Below, piece by piece: positions 62,629 through 64,000 of a stretch of 64,000 nucleotides of DNA; the first letter of the stretch is position 1; every line of letters starts with the position of its first letter. The stretch spans positions 122,290 through 186,289 of the forward strand of contig JAPDFW010000110.1 in assembly GCA_028826165.1 (NCBI GenBank). The letters run 5' to 3'. This DNA is from Anaeramoeba ignava BMAN. Its lineage: Eukaryota; Protista; Anaeramoebae. Made by a program: the position numbers and the translations under genes. The notes under the pieces are model-generated. The model saw only the letters and a list, made by a program, of their open reading frames with translations, did not search any database and had not been told where the DNA came from.

Positions 62629-64000
62629 ATGAAAGGACTTTGGAAGCATAAAGGCAAAAAAAAGATTAAAGGAGCATTAGCTTTTTCTATAATTTCAATA
62701 TCTCGATTAGCAACACAAACAGGAACAGTTTTTGTTAAATGGAAAAGAGGGGGTCATACAGGCACAACTAAAAAATCACTTGTAAATGAACATGGTGAAG
62801 CTCAATGGAATGAAGAGTTTAAATCCCCTGTTACTATGTTTCAAGATTCTAAAACAAAAGAGTTTGATGTTAAAGCTATTCATTTCTCAATTAAACTTGT
62901 AAAAGATCTTTTTTTATTATTTTTAAAAGAGATCTCAAACTAAAACTAATTTATAAAATTAAAACCAAAATTAATTTATAAAATTAAAATTAAAATTAAA
63001 ATTAAAATTAAAATTAAAATTAAAATTAAAATTAAAATTAAAATTAAAATTAAAATTAAAATTAAAATTAAAATTAAAATTAAAATTAAAATTAAAATTT
63101 AAAATTAAAATTAAAATTCATTTATAAAATTAAAATTAAAATTAAAATTAAAATTAAAATCAAAAATTAAAATTAAAATTAAAATTAAAATTAAAATTAA
63201 AATTAAAATTAAAATTAAAATCAAAATTAAAATTAAAATTAAAATTAAAATTAAAATTAAAAACTAAAATTAAAATTAAAATTAAAATTAAAATTAAAAT
63301 TAAAATTAAAAATTAAAATTAAAATTAAAATTAAAATTAAAATTAAAATTAAAATTAAAATTAAAATTAAAATTAAAATTAAAATTAAAATTAAAATTAA
63401 AACTAAAATTAAAACTAAAATTAAAATTAAAATTAAAATTCATTTATAAAATTAAAATTAAAATTTAAATTAAAATTTATAAAATTAAAATTAAATTTAA
63501 TATCAAAAATATAAAAGAATCGCCAAAACAAACGTACTGCAGTAACAGTTGGAAAAGTTAAAATCAACGTTACAAAATCAATCAATGAACCAAATCCAGT
63601 TATTAAAGAATTTTATATTTCAATCCAAAACCCATCCAAACATAAGCATAAACCAATTCTCTTAGTTTGTTACCGCTTAGTTCTCGATATAAAAATCGAT
63701 CAAATGGAACCTTTACTTTTCATTCCATTTGTTCAAGAAAAAATTGCTCAAATTGAAAAAGGAAGAACAAAATCAACCAAACCAATTGTTTCAGAAGAAG
63801 AATACTCATCTTTTACAGATAACACAAGTATTGCCACAGATTCCGAAGTTGATAGCACAGATGAAATTGATCGGCAAACAGAAATGGAATTTAAAGTAAA
63901 TTTTTTTAAAAAAAAAAAGTAAAAATAAAAAATAAAAAAAGGTGAATTAACACGTGTCATTTTTTTGTGACACTTTTTTTTTCTTAAAAGACAACTGCAG
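62629..64000 (+). CDS. NT-C2 (EEIG1/EHBP1 N-terminal C2) domain protein, 5' partial; exons 62629-62898, 63518-63895, 63991 onward
   Basis: VFVKWKRG...GTT...AQWNEEF...TMFQD...FDVKAIHFSI spliced to TVGKVKINV matches the NT-C2 pattern. Confidence 0.85.
62975..63495. repeat. Intronic (AAAATT)n microsatellite
   Basis: Fills intron 1 of the NT-C2 gene. Confidence 0.95.

Overview
Very AT-rich, gene-dense, intron-containing eukaryotic (protist) DNA read with the standard genetic code. The RCC1-BTB expansion, (NQ)n/(NE)n tracts and TCATTTT initiator-like motifs suggest an Anaeramoeba-like metamonad; this is inference, not verified. About 20 protein genes can be rebuilt by hand from GT-AG introns: a head-to-tail array of at least 4 RCC1-BTB genes, a TRF-like telobox protein, an LCAT/PLA2G15 lipase, a BAR-PH-ArfGAP-ankyrin protein, FAM91A1, Fab1/PIKfyve, Sen15, VPS37, phosphoserine aminotransferase, a CAP-G-like HEAT fragment, a PX protein, two tandem beta-helix multi-TM surface proteins, an ankyrin-DH-PH RhoGEF, GAPVD1, an NT-C2 protein and two small orphans. 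A box C/D snoRNA of the U15/snR75 family, invisible to the ORF track, lies at about 34.35-34.47 kb. Most large introns are filled with short-period AT satellites, which produce most of the spurious ORFs in the track. Main leads: (1) RCC1-BTB paralogues with mosaic, hypervariable propeller loops on a conserved BTB module; (2) the stand-alone snoRNA; (3) a TRFH-like plus telobox protein whose first intron lacks a GT donor; (4) a GC-rich island with a purine-to-pyrimidine skew flip inside one exon; (5) satellite-inflated introns whose repeat units lack AG and GT. Several single-base homopolymer insertions look like long-read errors. No intein, transposon, tRNA, rRNA or CRISPR array was recognised.
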